The notes beneath the pieces were generated by a model. The model did no database searches. It was not told the DNA's origin and worked only from the letters and a program-made list of their open reading frames with translations. Positions 49,040 through 60,224 of a stretch of 64,000 nt of DNA are shown in pieces. The position numbers were made by a program, and so were the translations under genes. The first letter of the stretch is position 1. Each line of letters starts with the position of its first letter. Location of the stretch: IMG/VR virus record IMGVR_UViG_3300009703_004110, positions 186,001 through 250,000 of that record; one strand, given 5' to 3'.

Positions 49040-49413
49040 TCTTTACCTTTTCTAACGCCATATCTAGCTGTATATTTAGGGCTCTTCCAGGCGCTTTGTA
49101 AAGTTAGTATATCTACATATTGTCCTCTGACTGTAGAGATAAAAAACATTACAGAACCTGCTCTATTTCTAATCTCCGCCAATGACCGTTCTGCCTCACC
49201 AGATTTTCCAAGTTTAAAAGAGTGAACAACCTTATCTGAGCTTTTGGAAAAGTCATTTGCGATTAGTTGGTTTAATGGCTCGTTGCGCATCATTCCTATT
49301 TTACTATTTCTAAAGATGTGCCTATACATCTTCCTAGTTGTAACAGATACTCTGATTTTCATTCCAGAAGCTGGATCTGTAACTAATGTCTCTTCCATTG
49401 AAATATACCTCAT
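49036..49413 (-). CDS. hypothetical protein
   Basis: 125 aa. Confidence 0.6.
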   Translation of the reverse strand: MRYISMEETLVTDPASGMKIRVSVTTRKMYRHIFRNSKIGMMRNEPLNQLIANDFSKSSDKVVHSFKLGKSGEAERSLAEIRNRAGSVMFFISTVRGQYVDILTLQSAWKSPKYTARYGVRKGKE

Positions 49414-49434
49414 ATTAGACTGAAATATAAATAG

Positions 49435-49463
49435 AAAAAGGCCACCACCTTTCAGTGATGACC
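49435..49463 (-). terminator. intrinsic terminator
   Basis: GGUCAUCAC-UGAAAG-GUGGUGGCC-UUUUU. Confidence 0.8.
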
Positions 49464-49680
49464 CAATTCTATATCTATCTAATGTTCACCACGCGTAGGT
49501 GATTAGTTTCAACAAGATAATGCCGTGATGTATTGGAGCTACCCGCCCACGGTTGATACTACTTTAACCCATCTGACTTCGTACATTCTTTTGCAAAAGA
49601 AGTACCCAGCTTCTACCAGATCGTGCTAGTGAGTATAACATAGCAGAAATTAAAGTTTCTCGGAACCTACATCATGTGGA
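49464..49680 (-). ncRNA. candidate structured non-coding RNA (rod-like)
   Basis: longest ORF-free gap in the window; nested stems by eye across 49526-49674, plus a hairpin, ending at a terminator. Confidence 0.45.
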
Positions 49681-49681
49681 C

Positions 49682-50044
49682 TTAGTAATTGACAGTTTCC
49701 TCTAACGGGACTACTGCTGCCAATAATTTGTATAAATCATCCGCATTCTCTATAAGAAGCTTCTCCGGCATAGACTTGCGTCCCCACCGAACAGCATTCA
49801 CATCTTCATCCTTTAAAAATGGATCAACAGCAGATTGTCTGACCGCAATGATTGTTCCATCAGGCATGATATAAAGATTACTCTCTATGTCCTTTTGCTT
49901 GCCTTCTGCTGCACTCACTCTTGCTTCATAATCTGCGTCATCTTCATCTTCACCTTGCGGCTCTACTCTGGCACCAAATAGGGCTTTAAATTTATGCAGA
50001 TGGAAATTGGTTCCAAGAATGTAGCAATCATCCATATCAATCAT
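49682..50044 (-). CDS. hypothetical protein
   Basis: 120 aa. Confidence 0.65.
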   Translation of the reverse strand: MIDMDDCYILGTNFHLHKFKALFGARVEPQGEDEDDADYEARVSAAEGKQKDIESNLYIMPDGTIIAVRQSAVDPFLKDEDVNAVRWGRKSMPEKLLIENADDLYKLLAAVVPLEETVNY

Positions 50045-50058
50045 ATCTTACTCCAGGT

Positions 50059-50907
50059 TTAAGGATTCTTCTTAGCAGCGGCTGCTGCATCCATTCTCTT
50101 TTCTAAAAGCTTCTTTGCGTGAGAAGATTTAACGCCAACAAGAAACGGTAAGTACTTATCTGGCGACTTCTGGATTAGCTTAATTCCAACAGCGTCATAT
50201 CTTGTATCTAAGAATTGAGCGATTAGCTCATCAGGCTGCTCATAATTTTCTAACTCTTCAAACAATACTGCAATGCAAGCTGAAGAGACATATTCGCTGG
50301 TATCACTTCTAATACGGCGAGCTAATTTTTCATCTAAATAGCCTCCTCTAATAAGGCCAATATATGTTCCACGTCTAACTGCTCTATGTCTCTTTTTAAA
50401 GTCAACTTTTCTAACGTGCTCAAGAAGCCTATCTGTATCATTTTTAATAGTTAATTTTACAAGCTTCTCAAAAGCATCTGATGAATTTGAACATGCGGCA
50501 ATAGCTGGTTCAAATTTTTTGTACAACTCAAACCAGTCAATTGTACCAGTAAGCTCATGCAAGAAATCAGCGGCCTCTACAGCTATTGTTCCATGCCCAT
50601 GATGAACAATATCATATGGACGAAGACTATTTGAAGATACTGCCTTAATCTTTCCTTCTAGAAACTTAATCCAATATTCCGAATCTAGAATATAAAAAGA
50701 GTGTTCTGCTATGGCTCTTACAATTTTAAGCTGCGCGACCAAAGCCATTTTTTCTATTCTGCCTTCAAAAATAGAGGGATGATTATCCAATAACTCATTA
50801 GCAATATTCTTCATTGCTTCTTTATCAGAGTTGCTCGCCCTATAATGAGGCGGAGAAAAAACAGCCTCTAAGCCTAGTGACACTAATTCATTACGCTTAT
50901 TTACCAC
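50059..50907 (-). CDS. hypothetical helical protein
   Basis: 282 aa; C-terminus resembles the 42858 ORF. Confidence 0.7.
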   Translation of the reverse strand: MVNKRNELVSLGLEAVFSPPHYRASNSDKEAMKNIANELLDNHPSIFEGRIEKMALVAQLKIVRAIAEHSFYILDSEYWIKFLEGKIKAVSSNSLRPYDIVHHGHGTIAVEAADFLHELTGTIDWFELYKKFEPAIAACSNSSDAFEKLVKLTIKNDTDRLLEHVRKVDFKKRHRAVRRGTYIGLIRGGYLDEKLARRIRSDTSEYVSSACIAVLFEELENYEQPDELIAQFLDTRYDAVGIKLIQKSPDKYLPFLVGVKSSHAKKLLEKRMDAAAAAKKNP

Positions 50908-51154
50908 TGTACTTCTCCTTTACTAACGCGATTAATGTATTCATATGTTTTTCAACAATCATACGCTTAGTACTGTTTTCAAGGGCGTCCCAATATGGAA
51001 CTATTTCATTTAATGGGGAAGAAGCAAAGTCGGTAATTAACTTTCTATTATCGTAACTTTCACCAGCTTTTTTGAGCCCAAGTAGCATTAGCTTATTTTC
51101 AAGCTCCTCCACTCCCTCTTTCTGATCTTCTTTTTCAAAAATCTTAATTTTCAT
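50897..51154 (-). CDS. hypothetical protein
   Basis: 85 aa. Confidence 0.6.
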   Translation of the reverse strand: MKIKIFEKEDQKEGVEELENKLMLLGLKKAGESYDNRKLITDFASSPLNEIVPYWDALENSTKRMIVEKHMNTLIALVKEKYSGK

Positions 51155-51195
51155 TCGTCATCCTTTACAGCTTATTACTATCAAGATTTTGTTTT

Positions 51196-52797
<1,602 letters not shown>

Positions 52798-52807
52798 TTA
52801 CAACTCC

Positions 52808-53470
52808 TTAAGTCTTTAGCGAATTAGTATGCGCTAACTTAATCTTATTCAGTAAAGCTTTATTAGTTAGCAAGGCCGCCCTCATTGGGTTTGAACCAGC
52901 AAACGGATCTGCAATAATATCATCGTCTATCACACCGTGAGTAATGATATCATCCCAGATCTCCATCGGCTTGCATGAGGCTCCACTAGGATTATACTGT
53001 ATCGCAGGAATTGTACTACTTTTTGTTGGACGCTTGTAGTTAAAAATATTACCCACGCCCTGTACATATAGTTTTGGTTTGCCTTTTGTTGCGTAAACTA
53101 TATATTCTAACTGATTACGCCAATGGTATCCGCCACCAAAATGTTGTTTGTTCCAAACTAAAACATTTCTAAGCTTCCAGCCCGCAGACTCTAAGCCTGT
53201 TTGAGTTCTGTATAGGCCATCACGATTGGCAAAGATATACGCTCTACCACCATCAGCAGTTCGATTAAACATTTCCGTATAGATAGCATCAAGATCAGCC
53301 CATGTTAATCTAGTGTACATATTATCTACACCGCCCGTGAAAGCAAACCTACCTGTACCGTTCTGATTATTAAAGGGATAAGGTGGGTCAGTTATCCATA
53401 CGTCAATTTGGTCTTGTAGCTGCTTAAGCCAATAATATATATCTAAATCAGTTTCAACTATCTTCGCCAT
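52808..53470 (-). CDS. DNA N6-adenine/N4-cytosine methyltransferase (beta class)
   Basis: ITDPPY motif IV, WNK, DPFAGS motif I near the C-terminus. Confidence 0.85.
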   Translation of the reverse strand: MAKIVETDLDIYYWLKQLQDQIDVWITDPPYPFNNQNGTGRFAFTGGVDNMYTRLTWADLDAIYTEMFNRTADGGRAYIFANRDGLYRTQTGLESAGWKLRNVLVWNKQHFGGGYHWRNQLEYIVYATKGKPKLYVQGVGNIFNYKRPTKSSTIPAIQYNPSGASCKPMEIWDDIITHGVIDDDIIADPFAGSNPMRAALLTNKALLNKIKLAHTNSLKT

Positions 53471-54116
53471 ACTTCCTTAGCCTTACAATACCATCTGTGA
53501 TACACACATAAGTACTGTGAGACACCCAATCTCCAGAATTGACATAGGTGACGATTCTATCTCCGTCACCCCAGATTACAAATTCAGGGCAATGTAAGTG
53601 TCCCATGATAAACACATCGACGTCTTCGTTCCACTTTAATATGTCCCAAATACGTCGCAACTTTCTTCTTCGAGTAACCATGTTTGTCCACCACGCCGTT
53701 AGATTAATATCAAACACTTCTTCTAACGCATCGTGAAAGATAGATATTATCTTCATTAAAAATTCGGCCTTCCAAATCTTATGATCGAATCTATCTCCAT
53801 GCTCTATTCTAAATTTTCTACCGTCTTCTTCAAATTTATAAACGCTCATAAACTCCATACCAAAAACAGTTTTTCCAACGAACCCTTTTAAAGATGCATC
53901 GTGATTACCTGGTATGTATATGACACGCTTTGTAAAGTCAATTGCATCAAATATTTCAAGTGACTTATCTGTAAATTCTGGAATCTTTTGAAAGTCGATA
54001 ATATCTCCATTCAAAATTAGCTCATCGTACTCCGCTTCACGTAAGAATTTTGCAAGCATATCTGCTTTATAATATTTGCTTCCAATATGTACATCAGAAA
54101 GTACGACTCTTTTCAT
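53454..54116 (-). CDS. calcineurin-like metallophosphoesterase (LpxH-like)
   Basis: LSDVHIG, NGDIID, PGNHD, EHGDRFD, MGHLH, YVNSGDW. Confidence 0.8.
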   Translation of the reverse strand: MKRVVLSDVHIGSKYYKADMLAKFLREAEYDELILNGDIIDFQKIPEFTDKSLEIFDAIDFTKRVIYIPGNHDASLKGFVGKTVFGMEFMSVYKFEEDGRKFRIEHGDRFDHKIWKAEFLMKIISIFHDALEEVFDINLTAWWTNMVTRRRKLRRIWDILKWNEDVDVFIMGHLHCPEFVIWGDGDRIVTYVNSGDWVSHSTYVCITDGIVRLRKYGEDS

Positions 54117-54475
54117 TAAGGCCATCCCTTAGCTTTTTTCCAAAATTTTATATGTGCTACCTTATAGGCTGCCATAATTTCTTCATTAATCTGTGACCAT
54201 AATGGCGTAAGAAATCTGACTTCCCTTTCGTCTATAATTTCAAGAAGAAAATCCAAAAAGGACTCTAAATCTTTCTTCCTGTTAAATGACGCAACTAGTG
54301 ATTCAGATGGTCTGTGTATTAAATACCAAATTTTTATATGCCCATCAACTTTACACGCTGCAAAGATACCGTCTTCGTTATACAGATATGCCTTCTTAAC
54401 TAGAAAGTCATCGTTTGTTTTTTCGGTATTAGTTAAAACTCTTATGGGTATATTTTTTGTAATGCCACACTTCAT
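54116..54475 (-). CDS. hypothetical protein
   Basis: 119 aa. Confidence 0.55.
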   Translation of the reverse strand: MKCGITKNIPIRVLTNTEKTNDDFLVKKAYLYNEDGIFAACKVDGHIKIWYLIHRPSESLVASFNRKKDLESFLDFLLEIIDEREVRFLTPLWSQINEEIMAAYKVAHIKFWKKAKGWP

Positions 54476-54497
54476 ATCGAGATTGTACTCGATATAT

Positions 54498-55820
54498 TTA
54501 TGCCGGCACTATAGTTTTTCCTTCTTCTAATTCAGTATCGGAAAGTGGCGACGTTATATCTTCCGCTTCCGTATAGAAAGGCTCAGCAGACTGTAATGCT
54601 CCAATAATCTTGCGAAGCATAATTCCTTTTAGAACATCCTCAACAGCGTCTCGTTTTCCACTAGGTCTTAAGAACCTAGAGGACGCATTAACGGCGTGCT
54701 GCTCCTTAAGGAGAAGTCCCATCTTTGCATCAAGCTGGCCAATGAAGTCTTGGACCATACTGTTTAATTTCGCATACTCAGCAATATCTTTAGAAAGACC
54801 GCGATTTACTACAGTAACCCTTTTCTTCATTTCCTGTGACAACTCTTTACTTGGCGGAGTCTCCCTCCATCCTCTACTGTGAGAGGTTGTAAAGTGGAAG
54901 TTGTCAGTTCCTGGCTGATACTTAATCTGCCTCAAAAGCGATGGTTTTTGGTGAGCTTCCTGTAGGACTCCAAAGGAATCTCTAATTGCCGCTTCTTCAA
55001 TGTGCGCAGGAAGAGTGATTAAGAATTCCGATACTTGTCCGCTTATCGGATAGTCTTCTGGAATTTTAAGCTTTAATAGCTGCAACATATCGCCTCTTGG
55101 GGCACCACCTTGGGTCGCCAAACGAAACAATATAGCAGAAGCTATAGTCGGTACATAACCATACTCGGTTTTAACACCGAAATATTTTTCATGATCAGTA
55201 GGGCTTCCATTTAATACATATAGATGCGGAATGCTTTTTCTTCTGGATACTTCCGGTACAGAAATCCATTCCTTATTATTAGACCTGTAAATTAAGGCAT
55301 TGATATCCTTTGGCTCAAAAGAGAATGTTGGATCCGTTACTAGGATTCTTGGTTCATTAAACCTTGGCTCTACTAGTTCCATTGAACTAACATCACCCAT
55401 AACATCTTCTCTCGCACCTAACTCTTGTTCTGACAAGGTTGGACTAGTTCTTTCATACTCTTCTACATTCGGACCAAGCTCGGCAGGCTCCGAAGAGTAT
55501 CCGCCAAAATCTGGTAAAGAATAGCTTGTAGAACCGGCCAAGGCTTCTTCTATTGGCACAGCAATATCAACAGACTCTTTTGTCTGAAAATCTTGCAGCC
55601 TTACTCTTAGTGGACCTTCTACTACAGATGGATTTAATCTGCCCTCTCTTACCCACTCTTGAATAAGCTGATTAACTGCCTCATGAGGTGAATCAGATCT
55701 TGTTGATCCACGAAGACTATAGCCAGGAATCTCTACAACATATCGCTGAGAAGCTACCGTTATAATCTTCTGCGCTCCAACTATAGCCTTTAATCGCCTT
55801 AGCCTTTTTTCTTTGTTCAT
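54498..55820 (-). CDS. hypothetical protein (440 aa)
   Basis: long ORF, GGAGAG SD inside an inverted repeat. Confidence 0.8.
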   Translation of the reverse strand: MNKEKRLRRLKAIVGAQKIITVASQRYVVEIPGYSLRGSTRSDSPHEAVNQLIQEWVREGRLNPSVVEGPLRVRLQDFQTKESVDIAVPIEEALAGSTSYSLPDFGGYSSEPAELGPNVEEYERTSPTLSEQELGAREDVMGDVSSMELVEPRFNEPRILVTDPTFSFEPKDINALIYRSNNKEWISVPEVSRRKSIPHLYVLNGSPTDHEKYFGVKTEYGYVPTIASAILFRLATQGGAPRGDMLQLLKLKIPEDYPISGQVSEFLITLPAHIEEAAIRDSFGVLQEAHQKPSLLRQIKYQPGTDNFHFTTSHSRGWRETPPSKELSQEMKKRVTVVNRGLSKDIAEYAKLNSMVQDFIGQLDAKMGLLLKEQHAVNASSRFLRPSGKRDAVEDVLKGIMLRKIIGALQSAEPFYTEAEDITSPLSDTELEEGKTIVPA

Positions 55821-55826
55821 AAGTTA

Positions 55827-55888
55827 ACTCTCCATACAGGATAAAAATGAATATATTCAATCTATTACCCGATATTAGTATGGAGAGT
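55827..55888 (-). promoter_or_regulatory. anti-SD inverted repeat bracketing a candidate promoter
   Basis: ACTCTCCATAC ... 40 nt ... GTATGGAGAGT; TACTAAT overlaps the end of the 5' arm. Confidence 0.55.
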
Positions 55889-55903
55889 CAAGTTTAAAAA
55901 ATT

Positions 55904-56218
55904 TTACTCTTCCTCTGATTCCTCTTCGGCATCCCCGGCTTCTCTTTTCGCCTTTTCTGCCAAAGTTCTAACACGGCCCTTTACTGTTTGTGCAGCTAAA
56001 GTTACCTGATCATCATCAAGTTCCATAGCAAAAAAGTAAAACGCTGCTTTATTACCCTTATGTAGATCCTTTTCAAGAAGCTCTATCTTCTGTTTCATAT
56101 TGCTAATTGCAGCCAAATCATTCATAAGGCTTTCTGCCGCTTCAAGCATTTCTGAGTCAGTTTGCTTATTTACTAACTCGGTAAAATCACCCAAGTAATT
56201 TCGTGGTAGCTCTGCCAT
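55904..56218 (-). CDS. hypothetical protein
   Basis: 104 aa, GGAG SD. Confidence 0.65.
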   Translation of the reverse strand: MAELPRNYLGDFTELVNKQTDSEMLEAAESLMNDLAAISNMKQKIELLEKDLHKGNKAAFYFFAMELDDDQVTLAAQTVKGRVRTLAEKAKREAGDAEEESEEE

Positions 56219-56233
56219 TTCTCTCTCCTGTGG

Positions 56234-57343
56234 TTAAAAATCAAGTGAACTCAGTAGAAGGTTATCTTTAGATTCTTCTTTCTTATCAATTCTATTACCG
56301 GACATATATTCCATTGCCGCAGCAACTTGCTTATCAATATTTTCATATCCGGTTCCTATAAAGAACGGAAGCATCTTTTCTAAAAATCCAGGCTGGACCA
56401 AAAGATGTTCAAATGAGTCTAATAATCTTGTATGAAGATCTATTATACTATTCGTTGGCGCGGGACTATGTAGTCTATTATACCCACTTGTTTGAACGAT
56501 GGGGTTAAATACTGTTTGTATAGTATTTATAACAACTGATGCAATGCTTGTACTTTTTTCAGTTATATGTGCTTTCGTTATATTGTGGTCCAATACATCT
56601 TGATATAGTCGAAATACCTTGTCTAAAGAATCTTCAGATAAATAATATCCCGTTCTTTTGTGATATTTAAACGCCCTCAGGACTGTGTGAACCTTTTGAA
56701 CGTGATGGGCCTTACTCCATTGCCCACTTGATATCACAATCTCTTTCTTTTTAAAAGTATCTAAAAACTCTTGTGTAGCATAAAAATGTCCGTTATGCCA
56801 GGCTATCTTACATGCATCTAAATCAAATACGTCCAAGATATCATCTATATTTTCATATTCGCGAGTTATTATCTGTAATACATCTCTTCCTGTGTCCGCT
56901 CGTATATCACGAGCAAAAGTATGCGCCCATTCAGACTTATAAGTTAAGGACGGAAATCCAAGATTCATTCCGGCTTCTTGGATTTTTATCTTATCAGTTG
57001 TGTCAGAAACTAATGGATGCCATTTAGATTGAGGATTCCATACATCATTAGATTTTAAAAACCAGCAATCTATATCCAGATAATGAGTCTTGTATGTAAT
57101 TGGATAATTAATTTTATTATGACGACGTGGTAATACAGAAGACAGATTTCGTATATCGTCTATCTTTCTTAAATTCCTCTGTGCATTTAACGCCTGCCCA
57201 ACTTTTGATGGCCGGTTATAAGAAATTTCGAACAACCAGGCTACAAACCCGCCCGCTAAAACCGGGCTAAGGTTTAAAAATTCTGCGGAGGTCAATTCTA
57301 GAATTAATTGATTCGTTATATCTCCACTTTTAATTATCTTCAC
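56234..57343 (-). CDS. Pol-beta-superfamily nucleotidyltransferase-like protein
   Basis: VLAGGF, LDIDCWF (DxD), LQII...ILDVFDLDACKIAW pattern. Confidence 0.5.
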   Translation of the reverse strand: MKIIKSGDITNQLILELTSAEFLNLSPVLAGGFVAWLFEISYNRPSKVGQALNAQRNLRKIDDIRNLSSVLPRRHNKINYPITYKTHYLDIDCWFLKSNDVWNPQSKWHPLVSDTTDKIKIQEAGMNLGFPSLTYKSEWAHTFARDIRADTGRDVLQIITREYENIDDILDVFDLDACKIAWHNGHFYATQEFLDTFKKKEIVISSGQWSKAHHVQKVHTVLRAFKYHKRTGYYLSEDSLDKVFRLYQDVLDHNITKAHITEKSTSIASVVINTIQTVFNPIVQTSGYNRLHSPAPTNSIIDLHTRLLDSFEHLLVQPGFLEKMLPFFIGTGYENIDKQVAAAMEYMSGNRIDKKEESKDNLLLSSLDF

Positions 57344-57389
57344 TATTTATTACCTCTACTAATTTTTTGGCAGAAACTGAGGACATATC

Positions 57390-58304
57390 ATGAGTCGTAA
57401 AATTATACAACTAGCATTACTACTAGAAACTCAAGGCTTTACCAAAGAAGCCGATGATGTGTTTGATTTGATTGATCCGTATGTTAATTTGGATGCAGAA
57501 TTAACTGAGTGGAAAACTGCATATGAAAAAATTTCAGCGCCTGCTCCAAAGCAAATACATGGACGCCTATGGGACTCTCTAAGAGAAAGTGTGGGGTCGC
57601 TGGAAGACAAAAGAAGTGAAATAGACGATTTAGATCCAGAGACTCTAAAGAAGGGTGTGGAACTAACCAAAGGAGTCATTGCTCAATACGGTTACTCAGA
57701 TGAGGTCTTGCTAAAGTATTCAAAGGTTGGTATCGATGAAAAAATAACCAAGCAGGCAATCGATGTTACCGGGGCCTCTTGGGGAGCTTCCGCTTTAAGG
57801 TCCATCCCTGTCGTTGGATTTATCTTTAGCTTTCTGTTTGTAATAAAGAATATGTATTATTTTGGAACTACGCTTCCAGATTTATTAAGCGAGGCCGGCC
57901 ATTTCGGCATATCACCGTGGAATTCATTAGACGCGGAAAATCTAGAAAAGCTCAGACAGGACCACGATGATGATTCTGCCAAAATACCATTGGTTGATAA
58001 GCTGACCAAGACTGTTAGATTAATCAAAGATGAATTCATAAGTCTTTTAGCAAATACTATAGATCTTATAAAGGATATAATTTTTGCCTTTTTATCTATT
58101 TCAGGTATAGCTATATGGTTTGATGTAGGTTTATCTGTCATGATTATGGCTGCCGAATGGGCAATAGAGTCTAAAGCTCTAGCTCCATTCAACGAGATAA
58201 TCAATAAGATAAGATTCTCTGTTAGAGGCAAGTATATCGACAGACTAAAGAGTGCTTATGATAGAGACTTTGATCCTGATGAGGACGTCCTACTTCCTAT
58301 TTAG
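57390..58304 (+). CDS. membrane-associated hypothetical protein; only credible plus-strand gene
   Basis: GAGG SD; two hydrophobic segments (IPVVGFIFSFLFVI; IIFAFLSISGIAIWFDVGL). Confidence 0.8.
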   Translation: MSRKIIQLALLLETQGFTKEADDVFDLIDPYVNLDAELTEWKTAYEKISAPAPKQIHGRLWDSLRESVGSLEDKRSEIDDLDPETLKKGVELTKGVIAQYGYSDEVLLKYSKVGIDEKITKQAIDVTGASWGASALRSIPVVGFIFSFLFVIKNMYYFGTTLPDLLSEAGHFGISPWNSLDAENLEKLRQDHDDDSAKIPLVDKLTKTVRLIKDEFISLLANTIDLIKDIIFAFLSISGIAIWFDVGLSVMIMAAEWAIESKALAPFNEIINKIRFSVRGKYIDRLKSAYDRDFDPDEDVLLPI

Positions 58305-58638
58305 TCCAAGAAGGCATATCGAATTTATTTTCGATTTTCCATTGGCCTTCAATCTTTCGTATATTTAATTCTGTTGCCTTCCCTGAGTCGTAGGCCAGGA
58401 AGTCATACCCTATGACCGTCTCTCCGTCCTCGTCCATAAGAGTGCGCTTTATATTTGAGCGACCAAATGGTCGGCAATTATCAAGCCCCTCTATATCTGT
58501 GATTATCCATCCCTTCATATATGATGGAATTATGATCTTGCCATCGCTTAAATATAAGGCTACTCCGTGCGGGTAGCGGAATTTCTCACTTGAATTAACG
58601 TTAACTAATTCTCCATCTTCTGGCATACGTGACTTCAT
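58297..58638 (-). CDS. hypothetical protein
   Basis: 113 aa. Confidence 0.6.
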   Translation of the reverse strand: MKSRMPEDGELVNVNSSEKFRYPHGVALYLSDGKIIIPSYMKGWIITDIEGLDNCRPFGRSNIKRTLMDEDGETVIGYDFLAYDSGKATELNIRKIEGQWKIENKFDMPSWTK

Positions 58639-58982
58639 TTATTCTCCAAAAGTATATCCATTAAATACAATAATTTATTCTTAATATAATCGTCTAACTT
58701 TTCAAACACATATTCAAACGGAACTGTTGCTAACCCATAATCCATCATACTAAAGACACAGGTGTCTTCTCTTATGTCATATGATAGCTCCTGCCATACA
58801 AATGTATATTTACAAAGCTTATCAAACACAAGAACAAATCTGGTATCTCGCAATGACAAATGAACGCCTAATGCCCGGACTAAATCTTCAGGTGCATTAG
58901 GCTCAATAATATCAAAAATACCAGTTGCGTATATACGAGCAGCGTCCTCGCTACTCTCTATTTCCCGCATAGTATAAGTCAT
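58635..58982 (-). CDS. hypothetical protein with shared C-terminal motif
   Basis: 115 aa; ends LDDYIKNKLLYLMDILLENK. Confidence 0.6.
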   Translation of the reverse strand: MTYTMREIESSEDAARIYATGIFDIIEPNAPEDLVRALGVHLSLRDTRFVLVFDKLCKYTFVWQELSYDIREDTCVFSMMDYGLATVPFEYVFEKLDDYIKNKLLYLMDILLENK

Positions 58983-58997
58983 CTTATTAGACTATTA

Positions 58998-59264
58998 CTA
59001 TTCTGTTTTTCTTTCTAAGTCAGAATTCATTTGCATAACCTGTTCTACCAGAGTAATAATTTCTGCCCGACTCTGTTCGTACTGAAGATCGATCCTCTCT
59101 GTGAGGGTAAACGGCCTGCCTTGCTCGCCGTTAATAAAATCCTTTGGTACTCCATAGGTATCTAATAACAGATGTGCTTGAGTTACTTCTGACTCAAGAT
59201 CCATACGATGATTGTTTAATGCCCTAACCGCTTCTTGTGCTCTATTCCCAATCCATTCGCCCAT
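58998..59264 (-). CDS. hypothetical protein
   Basis: 88 aa. Confidence 0.6.
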   Translation of the reverse strand: MGEWIGNRAQEAVRALNNHRMDLESEVTQAHLLLDTYGVPKDFINGEQGRPFTLTERIDLQYEQSRAEIITLVEQVMQMNSDLERKTE

Positions 59265-60207
59265 CTAGTTCTCCTAATATAAGATGCAATAATGCCATTC
59301 TAACATACATGCCATTTTGAGCCTGCCTAAAGTATGCGGCATTTGGTAACTCATCTACATCTATTGTAATTTCGTTAACTCTTGGAAGTGGGTGCATAAT
59401 CACAGAGTCTGACGGCATGTATTCGGCCAACTCTCTGGTCAAAATACATCCACTTGATAAGCCCTCTGCCTTTGACGGATCAATAAATCTTTCACGCTGG
59501 ATTCTAGTCATATATAGCACGTCTATATCTTGCAGGATTCCTTCGTTTAGATTGTCTTCCCACCTTAGTTCGCTCCTCCCGGGAACGTCCATAAGGCTCA
59601 AATCAGCAGGAGACACTGTAACATAGCTTACATTATCCTGTCTATCTAATAGCTTCATCAAAGAGTGAACAGTTCTACCGTGCTTTAAGTCGCCAACAAA
59701 GGCTACTCTAAGATCATCAACCCGTCCTATCTCTTCTTGAATCGTAAACAAATCCAAGAGTGCTTGAGTTGGATGCTCTCCAATTCCATCACCTGCGTTT
59801 ATAATTGGTATTGAAGCTACCGCAGCAGCCCCTGCTGCCGCTCCAACTTCTGGATGCCTTAATACAATTGCATCACTATATTGCTCCAAGGTCTTAATGG
59901 TATCCGCAAAGGACTCCCCCTTCGAAACGGATGAAAACTTTACATTATTAATCTGTATAACAGAACCACCAAGCCTCTGCATAGACGCAGCAAAGGAAGA
60001 TGATGTTCTTGTAGATGGCTCATAAAAGAGGTTTGTTATAACAATGCCCTTTAAGGTATCATCATAGAATGGTTTAACTTTTCGATTATTAACTGAGGCA
60101 ATATGCGCCCGTTTGGTAATCTCAGCCTCTTTAAGAATCGTTTTAATATCACGTTTAGATAGTTCGTCTATTCCAATAATATCTTTACGCCACAAACTAT
60201 TCTTCAT
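59242..60207 (-). CDS. pyrB: aspartate carbamoyltransferase catalytic subunit
   Basis: FYEPSTRTSSSF, KGES, INAGDG, HPTQALLDL, GDLKHGRTVHSL, MHPLPR. Confidence 0.96.
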   Translation of the reverse strand: MKNSLWRKDIIGIDELSKRDIKTILKEAEITKRAHIASVNNRKVKPFYDDTLKGIVITNLFYEPSTRTSSSFAASMQRLGGSVIQINNVKFSSVSKGESFADTIKTLEQYSDAIVLRHPEVGAAAGAAAVASIPIINAGDGIGEHPTQALLDLFTIQEEIGRVDDLRVAFVGDLKHGRTVHSLMKLLDRQDNVSYVTVSPADLSLMDVPGRSELRWEDNLNEGILQDIDVLYMTRIQRERFIDPSKAEGLSSGCILTRELAEYMPSDSVIMHPLPRVNEITIDVDELPNAAYFRQAQNGMYVRMALLHLILGELDGRMDWE

Positions 60208-60224
60208 TATTTACACTCCAGATT

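Noticed and set aside
49464-49680. tRNA, tmRNA or a 25-codon ORF in the long gap
   Set aside because: No T-loop GTTC/CCA pattern or tmRNA-like ends, and the short ORF has no SD.
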